Numbered from the stretch's first letter, positions 46,132 to 55,707 are shown. The stretch: DNA of 64,000 nt from an uncultured virus (IMG/VR IMGVR_UViG_3300007754_000006) (IMGVR_UViG_3300007754_000006), one strand, 5' to 3'. Notes: a model not told the origin generated them from the letters alone. Numbers and translations: made by a program.

Positions 46132-47060
46132 TACAGCATCCCCGCCTCGCGCAGCTTCTTCTTCGCACACTCGGGGTGGTACAGGCCGGGGAACCGGGGG
46201 AACTTCTCCGAAGGGAGGTGCCACCCGAAGGAGCCCTCGGGGATGATCTCGGGACAGCCCGAGCAGGGGTTGTCCCAGCGGAAGGAGTTGAGGGTGTTGA
46301 CGCCGTCGGGGACCGGACCCTCGTCGCTGGCGCTCTCCAGAGGCGGGGGTGTCGTGCCGGAGGAACCAGACGTCGTCGGGGAGGTGGTCACCGTAGAGGA
46401 GTCCGAGGACGCCTCCGCAGGAGCCGGCGGAGGCGTCGCATCGAGCTCAGCTGCCGCAGCCACCATCAGGGCCATCGTGGCCCGTGCGCAGAAACGCGCC
46501 ATCGGACACGCCTGGCAGTTCTTGTCCTCGGCCCAGAACCCGCCGTAGCAAGGGGTCGTGCTGATGGCGATTTCGCGCAGGCCAGCGTCGTCCGCGTACC
46601 AGGACTCCTCAGGGGTGTCCTCGCTGATCTCGAACCCAGCCCAGGACACCGGCTTCCCAGCCTTCTTCGGGGGCTTGGACTTCTTCTTGGGCGTGGGGGC
46701 CGGGGTGCTGCTGGGTGTGGTGGGGGTCGTGCTGGCGCTGGTGGAAGTCGTGGGGGCTCCCGTGGGCGTCGTCGCGTCCGTGTTGACGCGAGAACCCTGA
46801 GTGTAGTAACCCCGTCGGTTGTGGACGCGGTCCAGGCTCCGCAGCGCCTGGTCTACCTGCTGCCACTCGGACTCATCCTGACCCATCGCCTTGAGGACCG
46901 CGTTCATGTCCTTCTTGGTGATGGGGTCGTGGTTGTGCTCTGCGAAAACGCGCAGGACCGACATACACGCTTCGAAGACGTCGATGAATTCCAGGTCGCC
47001 TCGGGGCTGGGACAGCCCGGCGAAGCGAGTGACCTGGGCGGAAGTGAGCTGCAAGCGCAT
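46131..47060 (-). CDS. hypothetical multidomain protein with T/P/S-rich linkers and Cys clusters
   Basis: C...CxxC...C cluster and C-terminal CxxC...HxxC. Confidence 0.65.
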   Translation of the reverse strand: MRLQLTSAQVTRFAGLSQPRGDLEFIDVFEACMSVLRVFAEHNHDPITKKDMNAVLKAMGQDESEWQQVDQALRSLDRVHNRRGYYTQGSRVNTDATTPTGAPTTSTSASTTPTTPSSTPAPTPKKKSKPPKKAGKPVSWAGFEISEDTPEESWYADDAGLREIAISTTPCYGGFWAEDKNCQACPMARFCARATMALMVAAAAELDATPPPAPAEASSDSSTVTTSPTTSGSSGTTPPPLESASDEGPVPDGVNTLNSFRWDNPCSGCPEIIPEGSFGWHLPSEKFPRFPGLYHPECAKKKLREAGML

Positions 47061-47130
47061 TTGGTTCTCCGTGGCCCAAACTCGCGAATCGGAGGGGGCT
47101 CAAGAGGTAGGGGTGGGTCCTTTCACAGGA

Positions 47131-47158
47131 GTTACGTCGTGGGGCTCCCAGGAGAAAC
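47131..47158 (-). promoter_or_regulatory. bipartite promoter motif GTTTC-N15-GACGTAAC
   Basis: intergenic, exact spacer. Confidence 0.75.
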
Positions 47159-47226
47159 CTGGAGCGAGCGAAAAGAGCAAGGGCCGTGAGGATGAGAAAG
47201 GAGGGTGTCAGGCCCCTGCTGGGAAA

Positions 47227-47967
47227 TCAAGGGGAGGTCAGCTCGTCCCCGCCCATGTTCAGGACCCAGTTGTCCAGAGGGCGGAGTCGGTAGGTGCGGA
47301 ACCGACGGGACGGAAGCTCGAGATGCTTGATGAGCATCCGCTTGGCCACGACCACAGGCCCAGAGCGGGTCTTGGGGCCATAGCCGTTGGCAGCCGGCGT
47401 CAGGACCTGGCGTGAGATCACGAGTCCCGACAAGTAGATGGTGCCCGGCTCGGAGGCGTTCTTGCTGGGATCCGTGGGGTGTCCCCGGTAGACGCGGGCT
47501 CCTCGCACGACGGAGCCATTGACTTCCAGCGGCTCGAAGTACTCGGTCTTCGAGGGGGTCGGGCCGTTGTTCAGGAAGCGCGTGCGGGCCTCGATGAGCT
47601 CGTCCAGAGCCTGACGGATGTGAGCCGCCGTCACGGGAACCTGGGACGCGTTCTTGGCGCGCGGCCTGATCCAGCCCTTGGAGCCACGCGCTGCGAGAGC
47701 ATCCAGCTCGGCGGAGAGATCTGCGCGTCCCAGGAACTCCAGGAGGGCCTCCAGATCACGCTCCATGAGCCCCCGGTAGCTGAAGCCAGCCACGATTGTG
47801 GCGTGGATCTGATCGTCGCCGTACCGCTTGCGGCCGGCCCCCCGGCCGCGCATCACACCCTGGCAGGTGTAGATGAGACCGATGAAGGACGCCCGGACCG
47901 CGGAGGGCGCGGTCGCGAGGTCACCCGCCAGCGGGGCGGAGGGGGTGTTGGCGTTGGTTTCGATCAT
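47227..47967 (-). CDS. hypothetical protein
   Basis: 246 aa downstream of promoter. Confidence 0.65.
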   Translation of the reverse strand: MIETNANTPSAPLAGDLATAPSAVRASFIGLIYTCQGVMRGRGAGRKRYGDDQIHATIVAGFSYRGLMERDLEALLEFLGRADLSAELDALAARGSKGWIRPRAKNASQVPVTAAHIRQALDELIEARTRFLNNGPTPSKTEYFEPLEVNGSVVRGARVYRGHPTDPSKNASEPGTIYLSGLVISRQVLTPAANGYGPKTRSGPVVVAKRMLIKHLELPSRRFRTYRLRPLDNWVLNMGGDELTSP

Positions 47968-47998
47968 CGACTTTTGTTCCTGCTTCGGGTTCGATTTC

Positions 47999-48026
47999 GT
48001 TACGTCGAGAGGGTAACGAAAGAAAC
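47999..48026 (-). promoter_or_regulatory. bipartite promoter motif GTTTC-N15-GACGTAAC
   Basis: intergenic, exact spacer. Confidence 0.75.
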
Positions 48027-48027
48027 C

Positions 48028-49374
48028 TCAACCCGCCCGGCTCACCTTCTTGGCCCGCGCCGGGAAGACCACCTGGTTCAGGACGCCGAAGAGGCTCACA
48101 GGAAGGTTGGCGAGGTGGGGAACGACGACGTGCTCGCCGAAGACCGACCGGACCTGGGCGCACAACCTGCCAATGCCGATGCCGATGACGGGGATGCCCG
48201 CCTCCGCACCCTTGCGAATCTGGTGCCGAACCACACCTACTTGAGCAGGCCTCCCGTCGGTTACCACCAGGACCGCCCGATAGCGTTCGGTCCGTTCGGA
48301 GAGCTCCTGAAGACCGTACTGGATGCCGTCGGAGAGCGGAGTTCCTCCGCTTGCCTTCAGGTTGGGGAACCGGCCCCGACACTGGGCCATCTTCTCTTCC
48401 CAGCCCTTGTACACATTGATCCTGATAGGGGCGAAGCGGTGGAACTTTCCGTTGCCGACTTCCCCCGGCTTGACTGGCGTGTGTCCCGAGGAGTTCTGAA
48501 CACCGGCTACGAGGCAAGGGGAGCCCAGGGAGTCCATGGTCTCTGCGAGCAGGAGCCCGGCCTTCGCCGTCTGGACGCGGAGCTTGTCCATGGAACCGCT
48601 CTCGTCCAGGATGACGGCGATGGCAATCGTGGTCGCTTCCTTCTTCTCGCGGCGCCAGTCGGGGCGGGAGGCCCGGACTCCAGAGCGGAGTTCAACGACG
48701 GACTGAACCAAGCGCCGGTCGGATAGGCCCTGGCCCCGGCGGATTCCATGGATATCCTTCCGCTGCCGCGAGAGGAGAAACTTGGTCCGCATCCGCGCCT
48801 TGAGGAAACTGACTTCCTTCCGGACGGACTTGACCATGCGGAGAGCCTGACCGCTATCTCCCATGTGGGCGTACCGGATGATGTCCCCAGCGGGGTTGAA
48901 GGGGCGCCAGGCCGTCTCTCCGGGCTTGGTATCCTCATCGTTTTCCGCGTCGATCACGGTGCCCAGGGCGGTGTTGTTGTCAACGAGACCTGGATCCACG
49001 CCGGCGAGGGCCTCTCGGATGAGCGCCTCTGCGAGCGCCTTCTCATCGATCCCTTTTTGGCTCTCATCGGAACCTTCGCTCCCACCCTTGGGGGCGGGGT
49101 TCTTGCAATCACCGTCCTTGGGGTCGTCATCTCCATTATCCCCGGGCTCGTCGTCATCCCCGGACCCCTCCCCCGAGCCCTCAGGGTCGTCATCGGAGTC
49201 GTCATCCCCGCCCCCACTTCCGTCTTGGGAATCCTCGTCGGAGTCGTCGTCGGAGCCCTCTCCGTTTCCTTCTCCTTCGGAATCGGGCTCCTCGATCATC
49301 TCGAGATCGATGTTGAGCCCAGACAGGGGGGTGGCCAGAGAAGCGGCGAGGCCAGCGAGGGACGAGGTCGACAT
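48028..49374 (-). CDS. CobT-like VWA-domain protein with acidic N-terminal linker
   Basis: MIDAS 'ILDESGSM', 'GGTPL', 'VVTDG'; D/E/G/S-rich N-terminus. Confidence 0.85.
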   Translation of the reverse strand: MSTSSLAGLAASLATPLSGLNIDLEMIEEPDSEGEGNGEGSDDDSDEDSQDGSGGGDDDSDDDPEGSGEGSGDDDEPGDNGDDDPKDGDCKNPAPKGGSEGSDESQKGIDEKALAEALIREALAGVDPGLVDNNTALGTVIDAENDEDTKPGETAWRPFNPAGDIIRYAHMGDSGQALRMVKSVRKEVSFLKARMRTKFLLSRQRKDIHGIRRGQGLSDRRLVQSVVELRSGVRASRPDWRREKKEATTIAIAVILDESGSMDKLRVQTAKAGLLLAETMDSLGSPCLVAGVQNSSGHTPVKPGEVGNGKFHRFAPIRINVYKGWEEKMAQCRGRFPNLKASGGTPLSDGIQYGLQELSERTERYRAVLVVTDGRPAQVGVVRHQIRKGAEAGIPVIGIGIGRLCAQVRSVFGEHVVVPHLANLPVSLFGVLNQVVFPARAKKVSRAG

Positions 49375-49396
49375 GCGGATGCTCCTTTGCGAAGCA

Positions 49397-49424
49397 GTTA
49401 CGTCGGGGGTGTCCCCGTAGAATC
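49397..49424 (-). promoter_or_regulatory. bipartite promoter motif GATTC-N15-GACGTAAC
   Basis: intergenic, exact spacer. Confidence 0.72.
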
Positions 49425-49429
49425 TGGAA

Positions 49430-50542
49430 TCAGGAGACAGGAGCTTTCTGCCAGCGAAGCTCCTGCTCCCCCGTCTCCGGGTGGGGAACGCCAGCCCAAG
49501 TCACCTCGATCACCTGACCCGTCTTCTTGATCTTCGCTCGATCACCTACCTTGAACACGCGGGGCTTCTTCCCAGCATCCTTCTTGGGCTCTCCCTCTGT
49601 GGGACTCCCAGGCTGGGCGCAAGAACCACCAGCCTCTCCTTCTCCACTTCCTCCGGAGCTCTGCTGCTTCTTGGGTGGGGACTCGGCCAGGTGAAGCACT
49701 GCGGCTACGACTTCCATCGCCAGCCACATCCCACCCAGGTCAGGAGCCGCAGGAAGGGCAATCGCGCGGTCCAGGAGGGGCCGTAGAGAGCCCTCAGCGA
49801 CCATCCGGTACGCGGGGGGGTTCGACTTGGCGTAGTTGCGTAGGGAGAGGTTCTGGAGCGGCGTGTCGTATCCCAAGCCGATGTCCCGGAAGGCTCCAAT
49901 GATCACGCTCATCACCGAGCTCGTCCCGGAGGACCCTCGGGAGCGGTGGCCCGAACTGACGTCCTCCTCTTTGCCCTCTTGGCGTAGGATGAGGTCCTGT
50001 AAGGCTTCCATCTTCTCAAGAGCGCCTGGGAACTCTTCGCAGCCTCGCCTCTCGATACGGATGTCATCGATGATGTTGTCCCACGTCAGCAGGAACCCAG
50101 TGAGGCCAGCCCACTTCTCTGCCGAGATCAGATCCCAGTAATCCAGAATCTTCGGGAACACATCGGACAGCTTTAAGCGGGTGCGCCGCGAGTAGCGCGT
50201 ATGCCAGGCCTCATGGTACGCGCCGCCGACCAGGGCCATCGCGGTACCACGGGGGAGGCTCTCCGGCGTCGTCGCGATGACGATTTCCGGATCGTGAACG
50301 TGAGCAGCGTTCGCCATACGAACCCAGTTCTGGACCGTGCTCATGTCGGGCCTCAGTCCTGGGTTGAGCTTGGCCCACTCACAGAGGGAAGCCATGAACG
50401 CGCGCTGCGTCCAGGCATCCCTGTTGTAAAAGCGCGAGCCTCGGGAGCTGATAGGGCGAACCCCCGGACCCAGGATTGCATCAACGGACGCCTGATGAGT
50501 CTGAGCCCAACGCAAACCAGAGTAATGGCCAAGCTGCTTCAT
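49430..50542 (-). CDS. CobT N-terminal-like HExxH protein
   Basis: 'YHEAWHTRYS', 'NIIDDIRIER...FPGA'. Confidence 0.7.
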   Translation of the reverse strand: MKQLGHYSGLRWAQTHQASVDAILGPGVRPISSRGSRFYNRDAWTQRAFMASLCEWAKLNPGLRPDMSTVQNWVRMANAAHVHDPEIVIATTPESLPRGTAMALVGGAYHEAWHTRYSRRTRLKLSDVFPKILDYWDLISAEKWAGLTGFLLTWDNIIDDIRIERRGCEEFPGALEKMEALQDLILRQEGKEEDVSSGHRSRGSSGTSSVMSVIIGAFRDIGLGYDTPLQNLSLRNYAKSNPPAYRMVAEGSLRPLLDRAIALPAAPDLGGMWLAMEVVAAVLHLAESPPKKQQSSGGSGEGEAGGSCAQPGSPTEGEPKKDAGKKPRVFKVGDRAKIKKTGQVIEVTWAGVPHPETGEQELRWQKAPVS

Positions 50543-50575
50543 GCTCCCTCCTTCTACTGCTTCGCATTCGCATCA

Positions 50576-50603
50576 GTTACGTCGAGACCTCTCCCCAAGA
50601 AAC
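50576..50603 (-). promoter_or_regulatory. bipartite promoter motif GTTTC-N15-GACGTAAC (divergent pair, left)
   Basis: exact spacer. Confidence 0.78.
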
Positions 50604-50620
50604 TTCCGATGAAGATGAGG

Positions 50621-50648
50621 GTTTCCTCCCCACCCTCCCCGACGTAAC
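50621..50648 (+). promoter_or_regulatory. bipartite promoter motif GTTTC-N15-GACGTAAC (divergent pair, right)
   Basis: exact spacer; strand follows the downstream gene. Confidence 0.78.
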
Positions 50649-50670
50649 AGATGCGAAGGAGGAAAATACG

Positions 50671-51837
50671 ATGACTCTCCCCGCCTGCCAGTTCGAAGAG
50701 TGCTCCCATAGCGGGAACTTCCTGGGTCCCCACATCAAGGAGGAGCACGACCTCTCCCTGAATGAGTACCTGGAGAAGTTCCCCGGAGCCCCCACTACCT
50801 CCTCGGCTCTCATGAAGCGGATGAAGAAGAGCCCCCCCGCGCGGCGCCGAAGTGCCCCCGCCTCGGATTCCCTGACCCGGACTCTCATGGGCATCAAGAC
50901 CCCCGTCGACCCGACCGTCCCCGCCTCCGCATGCCTGCCCTTCCCAGATGGATACAAGTGGCCCACCAAGGGCAAGGCGAAGAAGCCGATACTCAGGGCT
51001 CTCCGTGGTCTCCTCGCCGGAAGAAACGTCTTCCTGTGGGGAATGCCCGGGACCGGCAAGGACGCCGTGGTCCACGCAGTCAGTGCGCTCCTTCGGAAGC
51101 CGGCCGTCATGGTCTCCTTCAAGCCCGGTACGGATATCTCTCCGATGTTCTTCACCCGAAGCATCAACTCGGAAGGTACGAGCTGGGAGTATGGCGTCCT
51201 CTGGCGGGCCCTGACCGAAGGGATCCCCGCTCGTGACGGAAAGAACCGGCCCGCTCTCGTCCTCCTCTCCGACGTCGACCGCGCGGACCAGGCCCAGGCT
51301 GAGTGGTTCCGCCTCCTCACCGACTCCATCTCCGGTCGCATCCTCGGTCCCGATGGCTCCTCCCATGCTCTGTTCCCGGGAACGCAGTTCTTCTGCACTG
51401 CAAACTCCTGTGGGACCGGGGACTCCCGAGGTCGCATGACCTCCGCCAATCCCATCGATGGCTCCCTCATGGACAGGCTCGGCCGCAAGATCAAGGCCGA
51501 GTACCTCCACTGGGATGACGAGTCCCAGGTCCTCCGTGGCAAGTACCCCAAGGTAGACCAGGCTCTCCCTGACCTCATCAACCAGCTGGGCAACGCGACG
51601 CTTGCCTTGCGCCGTGCCATCGAGGCGGAAGAGGTCTACGCGGAGTTCACTCACCGTAGCCTGTGCGACATCCTCGACGAAGCCGCAGACATCATCGAAT
51701 TCACATCCTCCAGGAGCCTCAAGTCCGGCAAGGTCCTCTCCGAGGCGTTCCTGGCCTGGGCCGAGGGACTCGATGAGCTCAACTTCCTCAGCGCCAAGCG
51801 CCTCATCGACCCTCATATCTCCGGTGGTAGTCTTTGA
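50671..51837 (+). CDS. CobS/MoxR-like AAA+ ATPase with N-terminal zinc finger
   Basis: GMPGTGKD, variant Walker B 'LLSDVDRA', 'TANS.G.GD..G', 'MDR'; N-terminal C...C...H...H 'EYLEKFPGAP'. Confidence 0.8.
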   Translation: MTLPACQFEECSHSGNFLGPHIKEEHDLSLNEYLEKFPGAPTTSSALMKRMKKSPPARRRSAPASDSLTRTLMGIKTPVDPTVPASACLPFPDGYKWPTKGKAKKPILRALRGLLAGRNVFLWGMPGTGKDAVVHAVSALLRKPAVMVSFKPGTDISPMFFTRSINSEGTSWEYGVLWRALTEGIPARDGKNRPALVLLSDVDRADQAQAEWFRLLTDSISGRILGPDGSSHALFPGTQFFCTANSCGTGDSRGRMTSANPIDGSLMDRLGRKIKAEYLHWDDESQVLRGKYPKVDQALPDLINQLGNATLALRRAIEAEEVYAEFTHRSLCDILDEAADIIEFTSSRSLKSGKVLSEAFLAWAEGLDELNFLSAKRLIDPHISGGSL

Positions 51838-51981
51838 CTACCACCGGAGAGTATCCAGATATCTCAGGAGGGTCCCTGTGAGTCTCTGATTCTGACCAGA
51901 ATCTCATGTGCAGGAATATAGAGACTGATCGCTCTGCCGGTCCCTCTCGCATGATCCCTTCCCCAGTAGACCCCCCTTCGG

Positions 51982-52140
51982 TTGCGAAGCACCCCACCCA
52001 TGCGAAGCATGAAGCATCCCATTGCGAAGCATGATCCCACTCCTATCTCCCATTGCGAAGCATGATCCTGGGTCCTATCTCCCATTCCTGATCCTGGGTC
52101 CTATCTCCCATTCCTATCTCCCATTCCTGATCCTGAGTCC
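51982..52140. repeat. mosaic of short direct repeats (TGCGAAGCA x4; CCTATCTCCCATT x4; GATCCTG)
   Basis: read directly from sequence. Confidence 0.85.
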
Positions 52141-52446
52141 GTTTTTGGTGCAAGTTAATCGCAGTCCATTCACCCTCCAGGGGGGCCCCATGAGGTTTTA
52201 CGTGCGGTTCTGGGAGATCGGACTCCTTCCTGGAGGTCCCAGGAGGACCAGATATGGGGTCTCCTCACATGAGGGCAAGGCTTGATCAACCTCCTCCTCA
52301 TGACACATGATCGTGCACAGGCTCCCTCGGATGTCCCCAGGGAGTCCCTCTGTCCAGGCCCTGCCCCCCTACAGGGTGTTCCTCCATGTGCTCACACTCA
52401 CACATAGATGCTCACACACATTGGGGTTGAATCTCCTCACATGAGG

Positions 52447-52496
52447 GCAAGCCCTTCGGTGGCTTGAGCAAGCCCTTCGGTGGCTTGAGCAAGCCC
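52447..52496. repeat. 21-bp tandem repeat GCAAGCCCTTCGGTGGCTTGA (about 2.4 copies)
   Basis: read directly; each unit is a hairpin around CTTCGG. Confidence 0.85.
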
Positions 52497-52641
52497 TGTT
52501 CCCTGAGGAGGTCAGGAAGAGGACGGGAGAGTCAGGCCTCAGGGGGCCACCGAAGGGGCCAGAGGGCTCATCGGAGCTACCGAAGGGCTCAAGGAGTCAT
52601 GCAGATGCTTTTCTCGCACGGAATTCTGCAGAATTTTCCTT

Positions 52642-52691
52642 GAGGACTTAGACAGACACATAGGGAGAGGACTTAGACAGACACATAGGGA
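52642..52691. repeat. 25-bp tandem repeat GAGGACTTAGACAGACACATAGGGA x2
   Basis: read directly. Confidence 0.85.
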
Positions 52692-52832
52692 GGGGGTTGG
52701 GAGAGGAGGGTTGGGAGAGGCTGGGAGGGGAGTTGGGAGGGGGGTGGGAGGGCTGTGAGACACACCGGGGAGGGTGGCGAGGGTGGGGGACGAGGCTGGG
52801 AGGGGGCGGTCGGAGAGAGGCTGGGAACGGGC

Positions 52833-53405
52833 TCAGGCTACCTGCTCTCCCACCTCTTGTTGCGCAGCAGCAGCCGCCTTCGTCTTCAGGTCCGTGGATT
52901 TCTTCAGATCATGGTAGGCGATCTGGGAGATGATCTCACGTAGGGTAGGAGCCTTCAGTTCACAGACCTGTACCACCTTCCCCAAGAACTCTGCAGTAGG
53001 TAGGGATATCTGATACCACCTACCGGCGAGAGCCAGGAGATGCTTGCACACATTGGAGTGCCGCTTCCTGTCCTCACAGTCACAGTAGGTATGCTGTTCA
53101 TCTGAGGGTATGACGAACTCCCCCAGGTCTTCCCGATAGACCAGCACGAACCCCACCCGGTAGGAGTTCTGGGAGTTCTGGGATTTGATGGAGGAGGAGA
53201 TCTCATGCCGGGCCTGGTCAGGAGATACAGATTCCTTGAGCGGGATCCCTTGTACTTTTAAGATCTCCCGCGCCCGGAGCCGCCTTCCCTGATCAGTCGG
53301 AGCGATCATATCCCCACGGACCGCCCTCATCTTGGATTCCAGCCTCGCCTTGGAGATGCCAGCCTGCTGACATACCTTCCCTACCTCGAGATGCATCATT
53401 GCCAT
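52833..53405 (-). CDS. SWIM zinc-finger protein
   Basis: 'YCDCED......VCKHLLAL'; AAGGAGG RBS. Confidence 0.75.
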   Translation of the reverse strand: MAMMHLEVGKVCQQAGISKARLESKMRAVRGDMIAPTDQGRRLRAREILKVQGIPLKESVSPDQARHEISSSIKSQNSQNSYRVGFVLVYREDLGEFVIPSDEQHTYCDCEDRKRHSNVCKHLLALAGRWYQISLPTAEFLGKVVQVCELKAPTLREIISQIAYHDLKKSTDLKTKAAAAAQQEVGEQVA

Positions 53406-53575
53406 GGACCTCCTTAGGAGAGTGATTACCGTCTTAGATCTCTGATCTACCAGGAGATTCAGGACTCAGAACCAGGGCCTGAACTCGGTATCCACCCTAT
53501 CCCAAGGGTATCTTTTTCAGCTGAGAGATCCAATCTGAGATCATGACATGCTCCCGGGCACACAGGTAGGTAGAG

Positions 53576-54082
53576 ATGGCTGACTTCGGACTTAACGACA
53601 TCATCGAAGGCATCCAATACGCTGTCATGGAAGCCCAAGAAGTTGCTGAGGAACACCACCTCGAACTCGTCTCCCGCTTCTTCGATGAACAGGAATCAGG
53701 GAAATGGAGCGCCCGTACCCAAACTGTCCTCGTAGACGGCAAGTCCGTCGAGATACCTCTCATCTGCTTAGCTCAGCTCGGGGGCATCCGGATCAAGGAA
53801 CTCCGCGTCCGCTTCCAAGCTTCCCTCTCCAGTCTCGACCCTGAGGAGGATGGAGATCAAGATCAGCCGAAGGAGGAGAAGGAGATCCCGCGAAGGCAGG
53901 GAAGGCAGCGTCGCCGGGCCCTGAGGAAACTCAAGATGGATTTACGGCGCAAGGCATCGGGGGGATGCGAAGCAGGAGAAGGAGAAGGAGGGACCCAAGT
54001 CGACATAGAGGTCACCTTCCAAGGTACAGACCCGCCCGAAGGCGTCGTACGGGTCAACAACCTCCTGCTTCAGAAACTGTAG
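53576..54082 (+). CDS. DUF2589-like protein
   Basis: 'LNDIIEGIQYAVMEAQ', 'VEIPLICL...GGIRIKEL.V.F', 'F...DPPEGV'. Confidence 0.7.
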   Translation: MADFGLNDIIEGIQYAVMEAQEVAEEHHLELVSRFFDEQESGKWSARTQTVLVDGKSVEIPLICLAQLGGIRIKELRVRFQASLSSLDPEEDGDQDQPKEEKEIPRRQGRQRRRALRKLKMDLRRKASGGCEAGEGEGGTQVDIEVTFQGTDPPEGVVRVNNLLLQKL

Positions 54083-54118
54083 TCAGTCCGTAGGAGGGAT
54101 CTCAGGAACTCGAGCATC

Positions 54119-54628
54119 CTATTCCTCTGGTGTAGAGATTAGGACCTCCATGCGCAGCAAGAGCCTGATCTCCTCGTCCTGGTTTGGTGCGGTCGTTTCC
54201 TTGGTCAGGGAGTGCTCCCTGATCTTCTTCCAAATCAGGTCCCTGATCCGCTGCCGGTCCTGCCAGTGGAGGTAGGACATGAGGTTCGCCAGGGGTTGGT
54301 CCTGGACACGCGCGCCCTCGGGTGGTGAGATCCAGGCGCGGATGAGGAGGAACTCGCCGACGAGGCCCTCCTCGGAGTTTAAGCCGAGGCTGGTCCAGTC
54401 CTCCGTCAAGAGCTTCTCCCTGGTCCGTTCCTCCAACTCGATCAGCGTATGGGCCAGGTCGAACTCGCACCCCTTGATGACGTCCTCGGCTATGTGGCTC
54501 GCCATGATCCTTGGGAAGACCTTCGTGCAAAGCAACATCCGGGACAGCACGAACACGAGGTTCCCCAATACACCATCCCTTATCCTCTCGCGAAGCAGAA
54601 GCTGCTTCGGGTTCTGGTCTACCGACAT
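54119..54628 (-). CDS. hypothetical protein
   Basis: GGAGG RBS, 169 aa. Confidence 0.55.
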   Translation of the reverse strand: MSVDQNPKQLLLRERIRDGVLGNLVFVLSRMLLCTKVFPRIMASHIAEDVIKGCEFDLAHTLIELEERTREKLLTEDWTSLGLNSEEGLVGEFLLIRAWISPPEGARVQDQPLANLMSYLHWQDRQRIRDLIWKKIREHSLTKETTAPNQDEEIRLLLRMEVLISTPEE

Positions 54629-55110
54629 CGCTCTGCATCCTCCTCGGCTGTAGGCAGGTCCGGGATCTTGGATATCAGGTCCCCTCCGCAGGACCACGCC
54701 CCCATTACCCTCTCCATTTCGGCGTCTGCCTTTGCCAAGACTCGGTCCTGCGTCTCCTGTGGGCAAGCCCATAGCAACAACCGGACCTGGTGGTCATGGG
54801 CTCGGGTCTCTGGCCGCACCAAGAAGTTCCCGAACTTGACCTCCGGGAGATCCTCCTTGAGCCTCCGCTCGGCGATGGACGCCTCGAGCTCCCGGCGGGC
54901 CTCCTCCAGAGTCTCCCGGCAGGCGTCCATCTGGGCCCGTGCGATCCTCTGGGATATCCATCTCTCGGCGGACTCGTGTGACTCCAGGAGCATCCGGACC
55001 AAGGGGCCCAGGAACAACGAATACACGCACAGCCGGAGCGGGGTCCTCTTGATCAGCTCCCAGTAGGTCGGTCGCTCGTGTTCCTGAGCAGCAGTATCCG
55101 TGCTATCCAT
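54619..55110 (-). CDS. hypothetical protein
   Basis: GAGGA RBS, coupled. Confidence 0.55.
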   Translation of the reverse strand: MDSTDTAAQEHERPTYWELIKRTPLRLCVYSLFLGPLVRMLLESHESAERWISQRIARAQMDACRETLEEARRELEASIAERRLKEDLPEVKFGNFLVRPETRAHDHQVRLLLWACPQETQDRVLAKADAEMERVMGAWSCGGDLISKIPDLPTAEEDAERCR

Positions 55111-55278
55111 CTTCCTCTCCTTCGGATTCCCAGAACTTCAGGCCATCGGAGATCTCCGGAAGGAGGGCTCCCGGGCCCAGTCCTCTCTCCGTGATCTGCC
55201 CCAGCGATAGCGCCTTCACCTTTCGGCGGCAGATCTCCGTTGCCTCTTGTATGATCCTCTCCCTCTTCTCAGAGGAGG

Positions 55279-55653
55279 TCATCCACAGCATAAAGTAGAA
55301 CCAGCTTCTCTTGAGCGCGTCGTCCTCCTGGGTCCCAGGCCAATACGCCCAAGGGGGCCGGAACGCAGGCGTCCATCCAGCTTCTGCTGCGCAGCGTCCC
55401 TGCGCAACCTGTCCAGGGAGCGGCCCAACTTCTGGGCTCTATCGACTGACTTCAGGATGTCCTCTTGATGGGAGTGATGGGAGTTCATGAAGTTGCACGC
55501 TATAAATCGCGTCGTGAAATCCTCGGCCTTTTCCTCCCCAAACAAGAGGAAGAAGGACCAGAACGGCCCCAGACCTCCGAAGAGCACCACCCCCGCCCCG
55601 TAATACAGGAGGTTGCGCAGGGTCCACTTCCGGCTGTGTCGGTCTGTCTTCAT
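55279..55653 (-). CDS. hypothetical membrane protein
   Basis: N-terminal hydrophobic helix; GGGGG RBS. Confidence 0.5.
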   Translation of the reverse strand: MKTDRHSRKWTLRNLLYYGAGVVLFGGLGPFWSFFLLFGEEKAEDFTTRFIACNFMNSHHSHQEDILKSVDRAQKLGRSLDRLRRDAAQQKLDGRLRSGPLGRIGLGPRRTTRSREAGSTLCCG

Positions 55654-55707
55654 CCCCCCTGGTTACCCTATGGCGCCTCTTCGCAATGCAAGCCGGAGGG
55701 TTGAGAA

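Noticed and set aside
48028..51837. Cobalamin biosynthesis (true cobaltochelatase)
   Set aside because: No cobN or other cob genes in the window; phage CobS/CobT-like pairs are generic AAA+/VWA modules
51982..52691. CRISPR array
   Set aside because: Repeats are tandem or mosaic without regular unique spacers, and no cas genes are seen
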